Source of the DNA: Trichosphaerium sp. ATCC 40318
Taxonomy: Eukaryota; Protista; Tubulinea
DNA: 64,000 bases
Reading direction: 5' to 3'
Assembly (NCBI GenBank): GCA_038496445.1
Contig: JALMLS010000612.1
Coordinates: 558,001 to 622,000, forward strand
This document shows, piece by piece, positions 41,488 to 54,467 of the stretch. Under the pieces are notes generated by a model that had not been told where the DNA came from, ran no database searches, and saw nothing but the letters and a program-made list of their open reading frames with translations. Position 1 is the first letter of the stretch. Each line of letters starts with the position of its first letter. Made by a program: the position numbers and the translations under genes.

Positions 41488-43983
41488 CTACACATCTTTA
41501 CGTGGTTGTCTAGGTTCTCTAAAGGCAAAAATTAGAGTTTAAAAAAAATAGGAAAATGAACAATACCGTTTCATTGATAATGCCCACAACTCTTTTTCTT
41601 CTATACGTGGTTGTAAGTCTCTAAGTATTACTTGAACTTGATGAATTGGTTGTAGATTATAAGGTTGCTGTTGTATCCTAAACAAAAAAACTTTAGAAAA
41701 CATTCCTTTTTCGTTGGATAGATAAAATCGTACTGTCGGATCTTTCCTATAACACCCGCCATCATCTTTAGTTTCGAAACATTCACTAAACCTTTGATGA
41801 AACGATCATTGGCATCGTCCATGAATGTGAGATCACTCAAGTGTACACCCCTAGAGAGTGTTATTTGGAGTTTCTAAGGAAAAAACAATTGATTGAACCA
41901 AAAAGTGCGTACAAGTAAGGTAAACAAGGTATATGCCCTCTTATGCATCTATCAAGCTCGCCACGGTACTTTTTGTACGATTCGTGATGTTCCAATTGAT
42001 GTTGTAGCTGTTGAAGTGTCTGTTGGACACTGCTTGGAACTTCAGCAAAAGTTCGTTTCAATCGATGCACTATTTAGAACATGTCAGATACACTGTATGA
42101 CTGCACGACAAAGTACCTGCAGCATTACTAAATACAGCAACTAGAGCCATTAACGAGTTATAATTCTTCAAACGAGAGAGATGCTAAAGAAAAGTTAAAG
42201 CGAGAAAAGTCATGCTTTAAAAAGAAATACAAAGACGTACATGTGCAATGCCAATAATCTTACACATTGCTTTTGCTCTGTGTTTTATCTTCTCAGGCAT
42301 CACTATTCTTGAAGCTGCCCATTCAGACAGAGCATTAAATCTGCGTATCATAGCTAGTAGTGCTGGAGCTTTATGCTTCAAGCGTGCTTTATTCCAACAT
42401 TGATTCAGAAATTCTGACATGCGAATATCAGAAAAGTTCTCATATTCTACAAGTGTCAACTGTCTTGCAAGCTCCTCTTCATCAATATCTGTCCAATTAA
42501 GGGTAGGAGAGAATATTTTACTTGGTATCTTTGGCTCGGGAGGAGGAGCTACAAAAGAGATTTTATTTACTGCATAAGCACGTCCATGTTGCTAAAAGGT
42601 AATAAGCAAAGAAGTAAACCCTTTTAGTTGAACAAACGTTCATTTAAAAAAAAAACAGAAAGCAAAAAACGAACCTGACTGTCAATAAGGGATAAGATTA
42701 TCTTGGCTGGCGCAGAGTATGCAGGTCCAGTTAAGTTCGCTCGCACAAAATCATATAAAAGATTTACTGTACCAGCCTCGACAAAGTCTTTAACAATATC
42801 TGATGCCTCTATGAGGTTACGTAGTACTATAATAATACGTAATTGAATAGCCATAACACGCTCTTTTCTTTGTTGTTCATCTTCATCCTCCTTGTCAGGT
42901 ACATCCCATCGTTGTGTTAACTTTGTAAAGAGGTTATGAGATGTAGTAAAGCTCGGATAAGTAAGAACGAGAGCCTCTACAAAATGATCTTGATTATCAG
43001 ATCTTTGCGTTGGTGTCATCCTTACAACAAGCTACATCAACTTATTAGTCTTTTGATTCGAAGTTAAGAAAAGGCAAAAAAAAACCCAACAAGTTTTCTG
43101 TTTTACTATCGTACGTTGTTAAACGACGCTGCTTTAAGAGTGCCATCTGCATCAAATATTTCAAAACCTTCCTGTGGCTCTGTCCAAATATCAAACTCTT
43201 CTTCGTATAATAACTGCCTATCTTCACGAAGCATACGAAGAGACACAAGATGTTCATCAACATTTTCTGCTTGTATCTCTTCTGCTGTCTTTTTATCGTC
43301 TATAGCTAGATCGTATACACGTTCTGAGCTACGCAATGCCATACGAAGAAGTGATACAATACGTGTATCATCAGTAACAGGAATAGATAGCTCTAAAAAG
43401 TGTCAGCTTTGGAATTTGTTTTACTTTGTTGTAACACTAGTGTGAAGGTACCTGGTCCGTTAATCTCTTTTGCTAGTATTTCAGCTGTTTGTTTTAAACC
43501 TTCATGTTGTAGATACTGAGCAACTAACTTCAGTACAGTGCGGTCATCCATAACTGCTCTTCCGGGTTGTGTAAAACCATTATATGTACGTCCAAACGCT
43601 ATTGCACGTTGTAAGGGAGTTATACGCTCCAAGATATCAGTTGCCTGTCACAAACGTTAGCAAAAAAAACAGCAATACTCTGTTTGCCTCTGCACAATCT
43701 CTCATAGCGCGTGCTTTCCATAGTGAGCGTTCTCCCTGAAAAGCATTCAGTGCTATGGTTGTTAGTTTATGTAAATTAACAGACTCGCACCAACGCTCTT
43801 GCGTGCAGTTCTACGCCTCACAGTATTGTAACCACCACTAACAAAGTCAATTAGCACCGAAAATATACTGTAATCGTCTTTCTAGGTTCGATACGCGGTA
43901 GGTTAACCACGAGTAACGTAGCGAGTTATAAAAACAATTTGCTAGTTGGTTGACTGAATAACGTACCCGTCTCTTATGGACAT
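41488..43983 (-). CDS. RasGEF (LisH-like + REM + CDC25 domains)
   Basis: LisH-like VLKLVAQYLQHEGLKQTAEIL; REM FVEALVLTYPSFTTSHNLFTKL; CDC25 ELARQLTLVEY..EFLNQCW..FNALSEW, HRLKRTF, PCLPYLGVHLSDLTFMDD. Confidence 0.95.
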
Positions 43984-44066
43984 CAACTATGAAGTACAGC
44001 TAGTACGATTGGTATGTGAGCGTTCTTAAATTAGTGGTTAAGTGCCTAAGCGAAAATTACCACATA

Positions 44067-45047
44067 ATGGCACTACCACCACAATCGCCACAATGGCAGC
44101 AAACACCTCCGCAGGCAATGTATTATCAGCAACCTCAACAAACATACCAACCTGCACAGCCAGTTACAAAAATCCAAACAAACGTGCGTATTGCTACTGA
44201 TTATCGGCAGTGTAACTTTACGCGATAAACAGCCTCTACCTCAAAAATTGTTTTACAACGTGCCAAAACTACCAAACTCTTAAAAAAAACCCATAGCTGC
44301 GGCTCATAGTTTAGATTCAAGCTAGTCTAACTAACCTTCAAAATAACAGGCTACAATGAGTTTTTACGGAAAGGACACAGTGTATCAAATGCACGATACA
44401 ATAAATGCATTTGAACAATCAGCACGTGCTTATGATACAAGGATACCTATTGGATATTGGCAATTTCACCTATTTAAGTCCGGTGTAGCAAGAGCGAACA
44501 TAACAGAGAGCTATATGCAACTACTACTTCAAAGAGGTAAAGACGGACGACCAGAAAATTGCTTCTTGATTGTTTATGAAGGCCAAAGAGGTAATGAGAG
44601 GTTTTTTTAGATCTCGTGATTTATCGGGTAATTTTAAGGTCCAACGGGTTTCCCTTCCCATTGTATTTGTTTGATATTAGATGGTGATTTTAAATACGTA
44701 ATGGGACAAAAGAAAGCAAATATGCCACCTCAAAGGGACCAAGTAAGTTGAACAGACGTTGCTTTGATTATTTTCTCATAATTTTATGAAAAACTTGGGC
44801 TTCATTCATGTACCACAACAGTTCATTTTTTTAACTTCAACCTTCCAAGGTAAGACTGTATCCACGAGATCCTAATTTAAAGAAAAAAATAATACCATGC
44901 TTCGCTGTTGGTAAAAAGCATGTGAGCGAGTTTGCAAAGCTATTAAAGCCTTTTGTAAAGTTAACTGAGATTGGCAAGAAGAGAATTATGGGAGCTTCAC
45001 TACTTCGCTTTGATGATCCTGAGTTACAATCCGATGTATCATATTGA
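44067..45047 (+). CDS. Hypothetical protein with P/Q-rich N-terminus (4 introns)
   Basis: MALPPQSPQWQQ..; GT-AG introns join the frames to TGA at 45047; no domain recognised. Confidence 0.65.
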
Positions 45048-45372
45048 ATAACAATTCAAAAAACAATACTATTAATAAACACGTGTCAACATAAAACTTG
45101 CAAATTCAACACGTTGAATATAAAAGAACATTTGACAAGATGGTGTTCCTACTGATTAGAAAGCTATTGGTTGTGTGATAAAATTTTTAAACGTAAACAA
45201 ATTCAGTCAAACATGGCCGTCGGCAATTTCGTGGCCTGACAATATGTTACCAAGGAGTGACTGTGCTTAACTTTTTGGTACATCCTAACCATACATCTAT
45301 TAAACAAATAAATTTATCTTTGTAGAGAGTAAACTGTAACGTGCCGTATTTCAAATCAATTATAAGCCAAAA

Positions 45373-46515
45373 ATGAACAAAAACACAGCATTCTTTGATG
45401 AGACTCCTGTTGAAGTTATTGTTCATGTCCTACGGTATGTTCCTGAATTGTCTATGCATTCAGTAGTACGGACAAGCAAAATGTTATCAAAAATCTCTGT
45501 ACACCACATGGGATACACAAATAGGAGAGATATAGTTCTCAAAAACAGCAAAACACTAAAAAAACTATTCAAGAGCGCACAACATCTCATCAAAACAAAT
45601 CAAATAATCATTCAGTTTCCTTTGAAACAAAAGCATTTAAAGTACCTACAAGGAGTGTATGATCTGAAGATCACGAAGAAATTGGTAAAAGTAGATTTCA
45701 GTGATTTTAACGTTGCTAACTGCATACACCTTGGCTCTTGTTCTACAGTAAATGATGAGCATCTTAAACAACTTTCAGGGGTACATAAAATCATACTGTA
45801 CGACACAAATGTTACAGATGAAGGTGTCAAAGCTCTTGCTGGTGCTCATACTATAGATCTTGGTTCCACAATATTTGTTTCAGATGACAGTATTAAAGAG
45901 TTAGCTGGTATTCATAGCATTAATCTTCACTACTCTAAAGTTACAGATGTCAGTCTTAAAGCATTGGCTGGAATCCATTCGATATATTTAGGCCATTGTA
46001 GTCATATACGAGATGAAGGCGTCAAAGCTCTGGCAGGAGTCTATAAAATTGATTTAAGTTACTGTGTAAATTTGACAGATGAAAGTATTAAAGCTTTAAA
46101 AGGCGTTCATTCAATTAGCTTGGCGTCCACAAATGTTACTGATGAAGGTATTAAAGCACTTGCGGGTGTTCATACAATTGATTTAAGCTGTTGTTATATC
46201 ACTGATGAAGGTGTAACTACATTGGCAGGTGTTCACGCAATTAGTCTTCGATATACAGAAATTACAGATAGTAGCTTAAAAGCACTTACAGGAGTACATG
46301 AGATTGATGCTAGTCATTGTCCTATCACTGATGAAGGTATTAAGGCGCTGGTAGGTGCTCATACAGTTAATATAAGATATTGTGCCCTCGTGACAGAAGA
46401 AGGTATAAAACAACTAAAGGATGTTCATACTCTTATGGCTGGGCCAACAACAAACATGCAAGGAAGCGTAGAAGCTCCAATGACTGTCAAGACTACTTTC
46501 CTTACAAGGATTTAA
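45373..46515 (+). CDS. F-box + tandem 21-22-aa leucine-rich-repeat protein (intronless)
   Basis: F-box-like FDETPVEVIVHVLRYV, then about 11 repeats of GVHxIxLxxxxVTDEGIKAL. Confidence 0.9.
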   Translation: MNKNTAFFDETPVEVIVHVLRYVPELSMHSVVRTSKMLSKISVHHMGYTNRRDIVLKNSKTLKKLFKSAQHLIKTNQIIIQFPLKQKHLKYLQGVYDLKITKKLVKVDFSDFNVANCIHLGSCSTVNDEHLKQLSGVHKIILYDTNVTDEGVKALAGAHTIDLGSTIFVSDDSIKELAGIHSINLHYSKVTDVSLKALAGIHSIYLGHCSHIRDEGVKALAGVYKIDLSYCVNLTDESIKALKGVHSISLASTNVTDEGIKALAGVHTIDLSCCYITDEGVTTLAGVHAISLRYTEITDSSLKALTGVHEIDASHCPITDEGIKALVGAHTVNIRYCALVTEEGIKQLKDVHTLMAGPTTNMQGSVEAPMTVKTTFLTRI

Positions 46516-46884
46516 TACACGATTATTTCTTAGTATTAAATTTGCCATTCAGCGCTCCCTGCGTTTTTGATTCAGCTACTAACTTCTCAGCCTTTTGCAT
46601 TTTCGTTCTTCCTTACATCTAGTCTGTCTTTCCTTTTCTATAATTTTTGAGCACGTGCACATTGACTACTTCGTTACGCACCCTTTTCCCAGCTCCATAT
46701 TTAGATGTTACTTGATCTACCGTTCTTAGGTTTTGCAACAAAAGCGAGAAAGTGCTGGAATATTCCCAATCAAAGAACTGTACTTATCTGTAAGCAACTT
46801 ATTTATTTATCAAGCCGCACGCATTTCTACGTTTACATCACTTGCGTACATTCTACAAAGCTATTCAAAGCATTTTACATAAAA

Positions 46885-47424
46885 ATGAATACAACAAATC
46901 AAAATCCTGTCTTCAGTTCCACAAATGACCTTTGGGGTACACATACGTGTTCTCCTACGCGTGTTCAATGCAATAAAGAGTCTGGTGGCAACTACAGATT
47001 AACCGCTGGCACTAATGCCGTTCTCTTTCGCGTTCTGACACCTTCAAAGCAACATTGTAACGAATTACACGTATTAAAGCCAGGTATCGTCAGCTGGAGA
47101 CTAGACAACACACAAATTCGCGGATATCTCCAAGACGGTCAGGTTTTTAGCGCCTATGGTAAGTGGGTGTGTGGACCGTTGGCTTCTTTTTCATCTACGG
47201 GCGATACATTTGGTGTTGTGTTGGACAGTAGCAAGAAAAAGGGCACTTTTTGGGTCAATGGAAAACCTCAACATACTTTTCCGTTACCTCCTAACTGTGG
47301 CTTTCCTGTAATTCAAGTACGCCTTCATAACAATGGTGGTGTTGAAATAGTACCTTGGAGAGATTGTAAAGGTAGTACACCCCAAGTTATTGACACGTGG
47401 GCTTTGTACAACAAATACAAATAA
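46885..47424 (+). CDS. Intronless SPRY/B30.2-like beta-rich protein
   Basis: FSSTGDTFGVVLDSSKKKGTFWVNGKPQ resembles the SPRY C-terminal motif; first plausible ATG at 46885. Confidence 0.55.
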   Translation: MNTTNQNPVFSSTNDLWGTHTCSPTRVQCNKESGGNYRLTAGTNAVLFRVLTPSKQHCNELHVLKPGIVSWRLDNTQIRGYLQDGQVFSAYGKWVCGPLASFSSTGDTFGVVLDSSKKKGTFWVNGKPQHTFPLPPNCGFPVIQVRLHNNGGVEIVPWRDCKGSTPQVIDTWALYNKYK

Positions 47425-47477
47425 ACTCGAGTTACCGAATGTGACTTATACTTTTCCACTTTCATAACCCTTTCACC

Positions 47478-48801
47478 ATGCATCCTCAACACGTGTTGTT
47501 TGGAATAATGGTTTTTACACTTGTGGGTGCTATGTACACTGACGACGATGTCGTATTGATTAAAGGTGATTTTTATTAACTCTCACGTGTTAGTAAACGG
47601 CTTCTTTAGGCGGATCTTTCACTATGGGCAGTAATGACGAAGAACATCACGAGTTCAAGCGTAAAGCTACTGTACAACCTTTATTACTTGATACGTACGC
47701 TTTGTGTGCGTGTATCATCGTTTATATAAGCCTAGGACGCCGGTAACGGTAGGTCAGTGGAAAAAATTTTACAGGGCTACCAAGTACAAGACAGAAGCAG
47801 AAAGTACGCTTTTTTACCTATAGAAACATTTAAAATATCTGTCATCATTTTTTGACAACCAACGACTCTTAGGCACTTTCAATTGGTCTTTTGTATTAAA
47901 AATACTGGCACCAGAAAAGATATTAAAAGCACCAAGTACTCAAGCTATTCCTGATAGCGAACATTGGCTTGCTGTTAGAAACGCTTACTGGTACCTTTCT
48001 TTAAAAAAATGAAAAGTTTCTCACCTGATTAGGAGAGCTCCAGAAGGTCCTGGCACATCTATAAAAGATAGAGCAACTCATCCAGTTACTCACGTAAGTT
48101 GGAATGACGCTAAAAAGTACTGTGAATGGGCAGGAAAGAGGTTACCGAGCGGTACGTTCAGTTTAGTTTGAGCCAATGTTTAAAAGCTTACATTCTTAAA
48201 AGAGGCTGAATGGGAGTTTGCTGCACGTGGTGGAAAGAAGTCACTATATCCATGGGGAGATAAAGTAGATGTAGATCGCATGAATTTTTGGCAAGGTATT
48301 AAACCACATTCTGTTCAGTTGTCACGTGTTAACTTTTTTTCAAGGGAAATTTCCTGATGAAAACACTGCCGACGATGGCTACATTGGAACATCTCCTGTT
48401 GATGCATACCCACCAAATCCTTATGGCGTCTACGACATGGTAAAATTCTTTGTTTAATTTATCTTTTAATTGATCTAGATTGGTAATGTCTGGGAATGGA
48501 CGAGTGATGATTGGGTTTCTAGCGATCACAATCAAGAAAAACAAAAAACTCTGAGAGGTATGATTGTCAGACACGTTGTTCTGTTTGCTAAAATATATGA
48601 TAGGTGGTTCCTTAGTGGATAGTGCTGACGCTAGCTTTAATCACCGCGCTTCTGCCGCTACTAGGTAAGTAGCAATGAAACATTCTTCACAAAACTTTGG
48701 TTAAATGTTTTTTTAGGATGGGTAATACTCCTGACAGTGCTGGAGTGAACATTGGGTTCCGATGTGCTAAGAATGTCGATTCTACAAAAGAAGAACTATG
48801 A
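47478..48801 (+). CDS. SUMF2: Formylglycine-generating-enzyme paralogue (SUMF2/pFGE-like), ER-luminal
   Basis: Signal peptide; FGE motifs [45 protein letters not shown]; C-terminus [37 protein letters not shown] lacks the SUMF1 catalytic Cys motif; ends KEEL. Confidence 0.85.
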
Positions 48802-48902
48802 ACAATTTACAACGACAACAAATAGCATAAATTTTTTTTGTATTCTATTGTGAAAGTTTCAGGTATATTGCTTGCTGTTTTATTCTGCATTACTAGGAAG
48901 TG

Positions 48903-49849
48903 TCACCATTTCTTTTTCTGTGCAAAGAGCCTTGGCTGCATTTGGTGTAGTCTGTTTAGGACAAATCGAAGACTCAAGATAAGCTTTAATCTTAGGTGTA
49001 GTAGCAACATTGTTACACACCTACTCTCATCACATTAACAAAAAGTTCAAACGTTTGGTTTTCGTACCCTTGTAAGTCCTGGAAACGATTTCATATGTTC
49101 TGGCCATAACGGAAATACCCAATTATTCAGAGTATCGAAAGCTTGCAAATCTGAAATAATACAGTGGTCAGCGAAGTCTGTGCAATTTAAGCCTTTTTTT
49201 TCTTTGGCATTAAAAACTCACCAGCGATTGTTATTTTCTCGCCCACAAGGACACTTGCTTTATCAGTAACAAGTTTCTCTAGGTTCTGAAGATTGACAAT
49301 AATGTTATTTTTTGACTCAGGAGAGTTAACAGTATCCTTGACCTTCGGAAAATCAGGGTCAAAACAAACTTTGACACAAATGTTTTGAATGTCACTATGC
49401 GGAATTATTAATATTCTACTGACATTTCTGCGTGTGCGTTGTAATTACTTACCGACATCTTTCCACAAGGGCATTAGCTTGAGCCTTAATCCTTGGAGTG
49501 TCACCCAACAATCCATACTTCTCAGCAAGATAGAATCCTATCGAGATTGACTCGCCCATTGTACCTACTACATCGTCTTCGTAGTACGGTAATTGTCCAA
49601 AAGGAGCTTTGACAGAGTGAGAACCAGCTAGCACTCCAAATTAATATCTAAAGGTTGAAAACCCTCTCTACGACGTATCGTGAGTTGTTTTGAAACGGTA
49701 GACGTACGTTTCCCTTTTGTTTTGTACCATTCTTCACGTGGAATGCCTACAAAGTCATACTTGGCGCCAGCGTATGCCAAAACCAGTTTAGGAAGCTCTC
49801 CTCTACCGCGAATAGACCCAAAGTAATAGTATTTTGCCACTTGACTCAT
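48903..49849 (-). CDS. Glutathione S-transferase (sigma/mu-like)
   Basis: YYFGSIRGRGELPKLVLAYAG, APFGQLPY, ESISIGFYLAEKYGL, VGEKITIADL. Confidence 0.93.
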
Positions 49850-50097
49850 GCTTGTCCTTGTTGTTTACCAAACAGTAAAACTTGTGAATCTAGCTCAACG
49901 AATTCATAGGTAGTCAAGGCAGTTCGATTGGAATCTTTTTGGTCTGTGAATTACATAATACAAAAGAAGTTTTATTTACAACGCGAAAGCACGTGATTAA
50001 AGGCCGATCTAGTACAACCAAATAAAAAAATACGAATAAGTTATTGTCTCTAATGAACGTTGGACGTTGAGACAGTAACGTCTTTTTTTTCTATTGT

Positions 50098-51008
50098 CTA
50101 TCGTAGATACCACCAAACCAATCCAATAATTAACAGTGTTAATATCATACCACCATAAACAATTAACTTATCAACATCAAACCTTTTTTCTATAACACGT
50201 ATAAGTGCCCTACTTACACCCAATCTATTTGCGAGATCAAGAGCACGTCTATGTATTTTCTAAACCAACATAAGCCATCAGTAGGAAAGACATTTTTCAA
50301 AGATATCATTACCTTTAAACTGCTCTTTTGTGCCTTCAAGGCATCAATAAGATCTGATCCAAGATTAAGAATTCCATTAGCATTGTTTAATGAATCATCA
50401 ATAGATGCACTGACACTTAATTCTGCATCAATCGCGCTCTGTTGTGCTCTGTTTCTTGTAGTAGGATCTGAGATTCGAAACGAAAAATGTCAGTCAAAAA
50501 CAAAATCCAAGGTTGTTTGATTTATCGCACCTCCCATCAGTTCTCTTCGTTGATCTTCCAATGACTGTTTCCTGTTGAGCTCTCCGATTTTTTTATCACA
50601 CTCTCGGCGTAGCTTGCGCGTTTTAAAGTTCATTTGGTTCGTACGCCTACAATGACGTGTTACAAGTGATCAACACCCTACATGCCAAGCGTACTGTAAC
50701 CATTGCTCTCTCACACCACCTGGAAGCCTTTTCGTTCTAAACACTGTAAAAATACGGTATAATGTCCCATAAAATACCTCGTTAACAGTTCATCGCATTG
50801 AGTAGAAAGCGCCTTTAAATTTACGCTAACCTTGCCTTGCAAAATTACAGATGTATCCTATTTAGGTATTAACCGCCAATAACGCTCTGTAGCTAGTGTA
50901 TGCCTTCCCGGACTCCAATGTCCCTAATTGGGACTCTAGCGCTAAGTACAATCGATTACAGTTGTTATAAATGGTACTGACTGCCGCTACATCCGTTTGG
51001 AATGCCAT
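50098..51008 (-). CDS. GOSR2: Qb-SNARE, membrin/GOSR2-like
   Basis: N-terminal helical bundle, QREELMG, SNARE motif LKAQKSSLK..LDLANRLGVSRALIRVIEKR..DKLIVYGG, and a C-terminal TM. Confidence 0.8.
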
Positions 51009-51128
51009 TTGCTTGTAAAGTGTCAACGTGGGCAGTCAAAATGTAGTCACGATTCAACAAACATTTCAATCACCTGCAGAAGCCGCTTCAGAATAAAGAA
51101 GTGGATGGAATAACAGTTTGACGCAACT

Positions 51129-53871
51129 ATGGCAAATAATACTAGTAATTTTGAAATGGAGTACGGAACAAACCCACCCGCGCGTAAAAGGTACGCTATT
51201 AACCTCATGGGCGATGTTAATTCTATTTGAGGTCGCGAGCTGATTTCAACGACCCAATACATCACGCAGATATGGGATACCACAACGGTGACTCAAATAA
51301 TATGTTAGACGCTGCAGCAGGATTTTTGAACGCTCCAGATTTTAACGCCTTTTTATCTTCCACTAAATACGATACGATTGAGCTCAACAACTCTGTTGGC
51401 ATGCAGGACATGGAATTACCAAGTTTTCTTAATCTTGACCCTATGGACATGGATACCAACGGAAGTGGCCTTGCTAGCCCTAGTACAGTCCCTGAAAGCC
51501 TCTTTAACGATTTATCGCTACCTCGGTTGGATAACAGTTGCAACGCGGTGATTAAAACAGAAATTGGAACAAATCATATCAAAACCGAACCAACTGAATA
51601 CAATATTGCTCCTACATCTGACTTTTCAGGTCAATACGAAAGTAACCGATTATTATTGACAAGTAACGCCCAAGTACAACATGTACTTCCTCAAGCGTCA
51701 GTCCAGTTAAAAGAAATTAAAGTACGTTAATTACACGCTTAAATAACCGATATTATTTCATGCTAACGCTTCTTATCGCTTTAGAGCGATATAAGTAACC
51801 TCAAATTCGTTCAATTGAGCTTCTTCAATTCAGGATGTAACCAAAATGCCAAAGTGGAGGTGAAACAATTGCAAAATGCAGCACGGTAGGTGGTTGATTT
51901 TTGTCCTTCTTTTTGTTCTTGTCTGATGGTTTTTTTCAGTAAAAAATTGGAAGGATTGTGGGGTACACTTGAGACTCTGTCTAACGATTATATATTGGAT
52001 CCTTCTGAGGTATATCAATGGTTTAATATTCGACGTGAGGTAGAACTTCTTGAGACACAACTTAAGCTTTATGAACAAGAGATTGACCAACCACAAAAGT
52101 ACTTGACATTTTGGTATTCTTTTTGAACCAAATGCTAAATGTTGTATAGTCCAGCTATGGCACTTATTATTACAAAACAGCCTTTCCCAATATCTGTTAA
52201 ACAAAAGAAAGAACTGGAAGAAAGCGTACAAGTTCAAATTTTCACAGGAGCTGCGTCAGGAAGTAATATTCGCGTGACACGTATGTCGAATAACTTTTAC
52301 ATATCTTTACCTGCTAACTCTTCTTTTTTTAATAGAGCCAGTGATAGCTTCTGTAATAGGAGAAAGTGTACCTTCATCACGTGCAAAAAAGAATAAGCAA
52401 CTGAGTGTAGCAAACAACCAACAACGCATGAATGATAAATTTTGTGCAACTTTCACAGTACGTTTTTTTTTCTTCTCGCTCTTCACAAAAAACCAACTTG
52501 AATTTTCCTATTTTTGGAGTGTAAAAAGAAAACGCCTTTACTCTCGTCATTTTATGTAGAGTTTTTATTGTATTTTATTAATTTTCAAAACAAGGGTTTA
52601 AAGTTTCCAGAAGGAACAAGGAAAAAAGTTATTCGTGTCAAATTTTCAGGGACAGTTCAAGTCACTCTACCAAATGGAAATATACAAGATATTTTATTAG
52701 ATTCAGCTCCTACAGCACCAATAATTGTAAAGACAAATGAGAACCAATGGGATGAAGCAGAAGGCATTTTATTGAACAAACTTGGTACATTCTTTTCTTC
52801 GTCTTGACTTGTTTTTCAGTTCATTTTGCGAATTTATTTCTAACTTGTGGTAGTGTTTGGAGACAGTGAGCAAGTTTCATGGTGTAGGTTTTGTAATATA
52901 TTACAACATAGATACCTTCAAGCAACAAAACAAGACCCACAAAATCCTGAAAGGTAAAAACAAACCGATATGTGATATTTCGTTGTTCTGACACTCTTTC
53001 AAAGGCCTCTTTATTTACCAGATTTCAATTACATGTTCCAATGCCGCTTTGGCGGAGAAGATTGCACTTGTACGCTAAATACTCAGTATTGTGTTTACTT
53101 ACGTCATTAGCTGTGCCTGTACGAGAGACGCTGATTACAACAAAGCAGTACACGCGATTCTGGGAGTGGTTTGGTAAAGGTACAGCCTAGCAGTTTGAAA
53201 AAGAGTAGCGAGATTCTAATTACTTCCAAGGATTACATAAAATCAGATACCAGCGCCATTTATGTGATTTATGGAAGCGTGGGTGCGTATTGAGGAGTGT
53301 TAATGGCGTGGTAGCTTATTATTTTTGTTTAGGTTGATATTCGGGTTTATAGCTAGGGTTGAGGCTGAGGAAGCATTGCGGTGTACAAAACCTGGAGACT
53401 TTTTGATAAGATTCTCTGAGCGATGTGTTGGTCAATTTGCTGTGGCTTACGTTATGCAAGACGCTAATACATCACAAAAGAAGGTAAAACACAAACGTGA
53501 ATTTCACGCTTTTTTTAAGTGCCTTTTAGGTTCGCCATTACCTTGTAGACCCTGACAATGATGTATTTGGTGCAAAAAGAACACTCCCTGATTTTCTAGG
53601 TCAACAACCGTCTTTAAAGCGGATAGTAAAGGTTAAAACTATATCAGAGGACTTCTCTACAATGGCTAGCAACGGACAGAACGTTTTACATAGACATAGA
53701 AGGCACGTAGTTGCAGTGTTGCTGCTTTGTTATTAAGTTGCTCAAAGAAACAGTTATCTAACTTAAGTCATTAGAGAATTTAGGGCTCTTGATAAAGAAG
53801 TCTTAGCGGAGTTTTACTCAAAGAGAAATTTTGAGAAACCTTCCGGATATGTAGTACACTTGGGTGTCTAA
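51129..53871 (+). CDS. STAT-family transcription factor (Dictyostelium type: coiled coil, DNA-binding, linker, SH2)
   Basis: ALIITKQPFP, LKFPEGTRK, PIIVKTNENQWDEAEG, FWEWFGK, IRYQRHL, SH2 GLIFGFI..PGDFLIRFSER..FAVAY, C-terminal GY tyrosine. Confidence 0.93.
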
Positions 53872-53956
53872 CAATTTACCAATGAAACAAAAATTTTACC
53901 TTTCTTGTACCATACTTGTCAATAAATAACAATTGCAAAAAAATCACGTGATTTGG

Positions 53957-54083
53957 CCACAAAAATTCTCCTTGAATAACTGTGAAGGAATGACAGATGA
54001 GGGTGTAAAGGCTGATGGGTTGTGATAATGTCGGTAAGGAATATAAAAACATGTTACATACTAATGGCGAACCGCTAGCTTAA
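53957..54083 (+). pseudogene. Relic of the same F-box-LRR family (about one repeat plus a cap)
   Basis: Translates KFSLNNCEGMTDEGVKA, then shifts frame to CDNVGKEYKNML; no start codon; lies intergenic after STAT. Confidence 0.55.
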
Positions 54084-54467
54084 AACAAACAAGTTGTTAA
54101 CGAACATTTTATCAGCGGTTTCTTTAAAGTACGTTTTCTCGCAAAATGTAATCAACTTGGATCTTTATCTCTTGACGAATACTGGATCGCATCAATGAGT
54201 AGTAAAAAGACAACTGATAAAGTGGTCCACCAGATATTTCGGGTGCCTTCCAAAGTGGTTCGTTTGTTACCATTTACTTTACTCAAGCGATGGTTGTGCA
54301 TTGCGTAAGAGCGTGTCTCAAATCTTGGCAGCTGGTACACAGGAGAAACGCTAATGAAAGCCAAAACTGCCCTCCAAGACAGAAATTGGGAACGGTAGAC
54401 TCTAAACAACTTTGTTTGACTTTTTTACAAAGGGTCAGTTTGTGAACTTGTTACGCGCACCAACACC

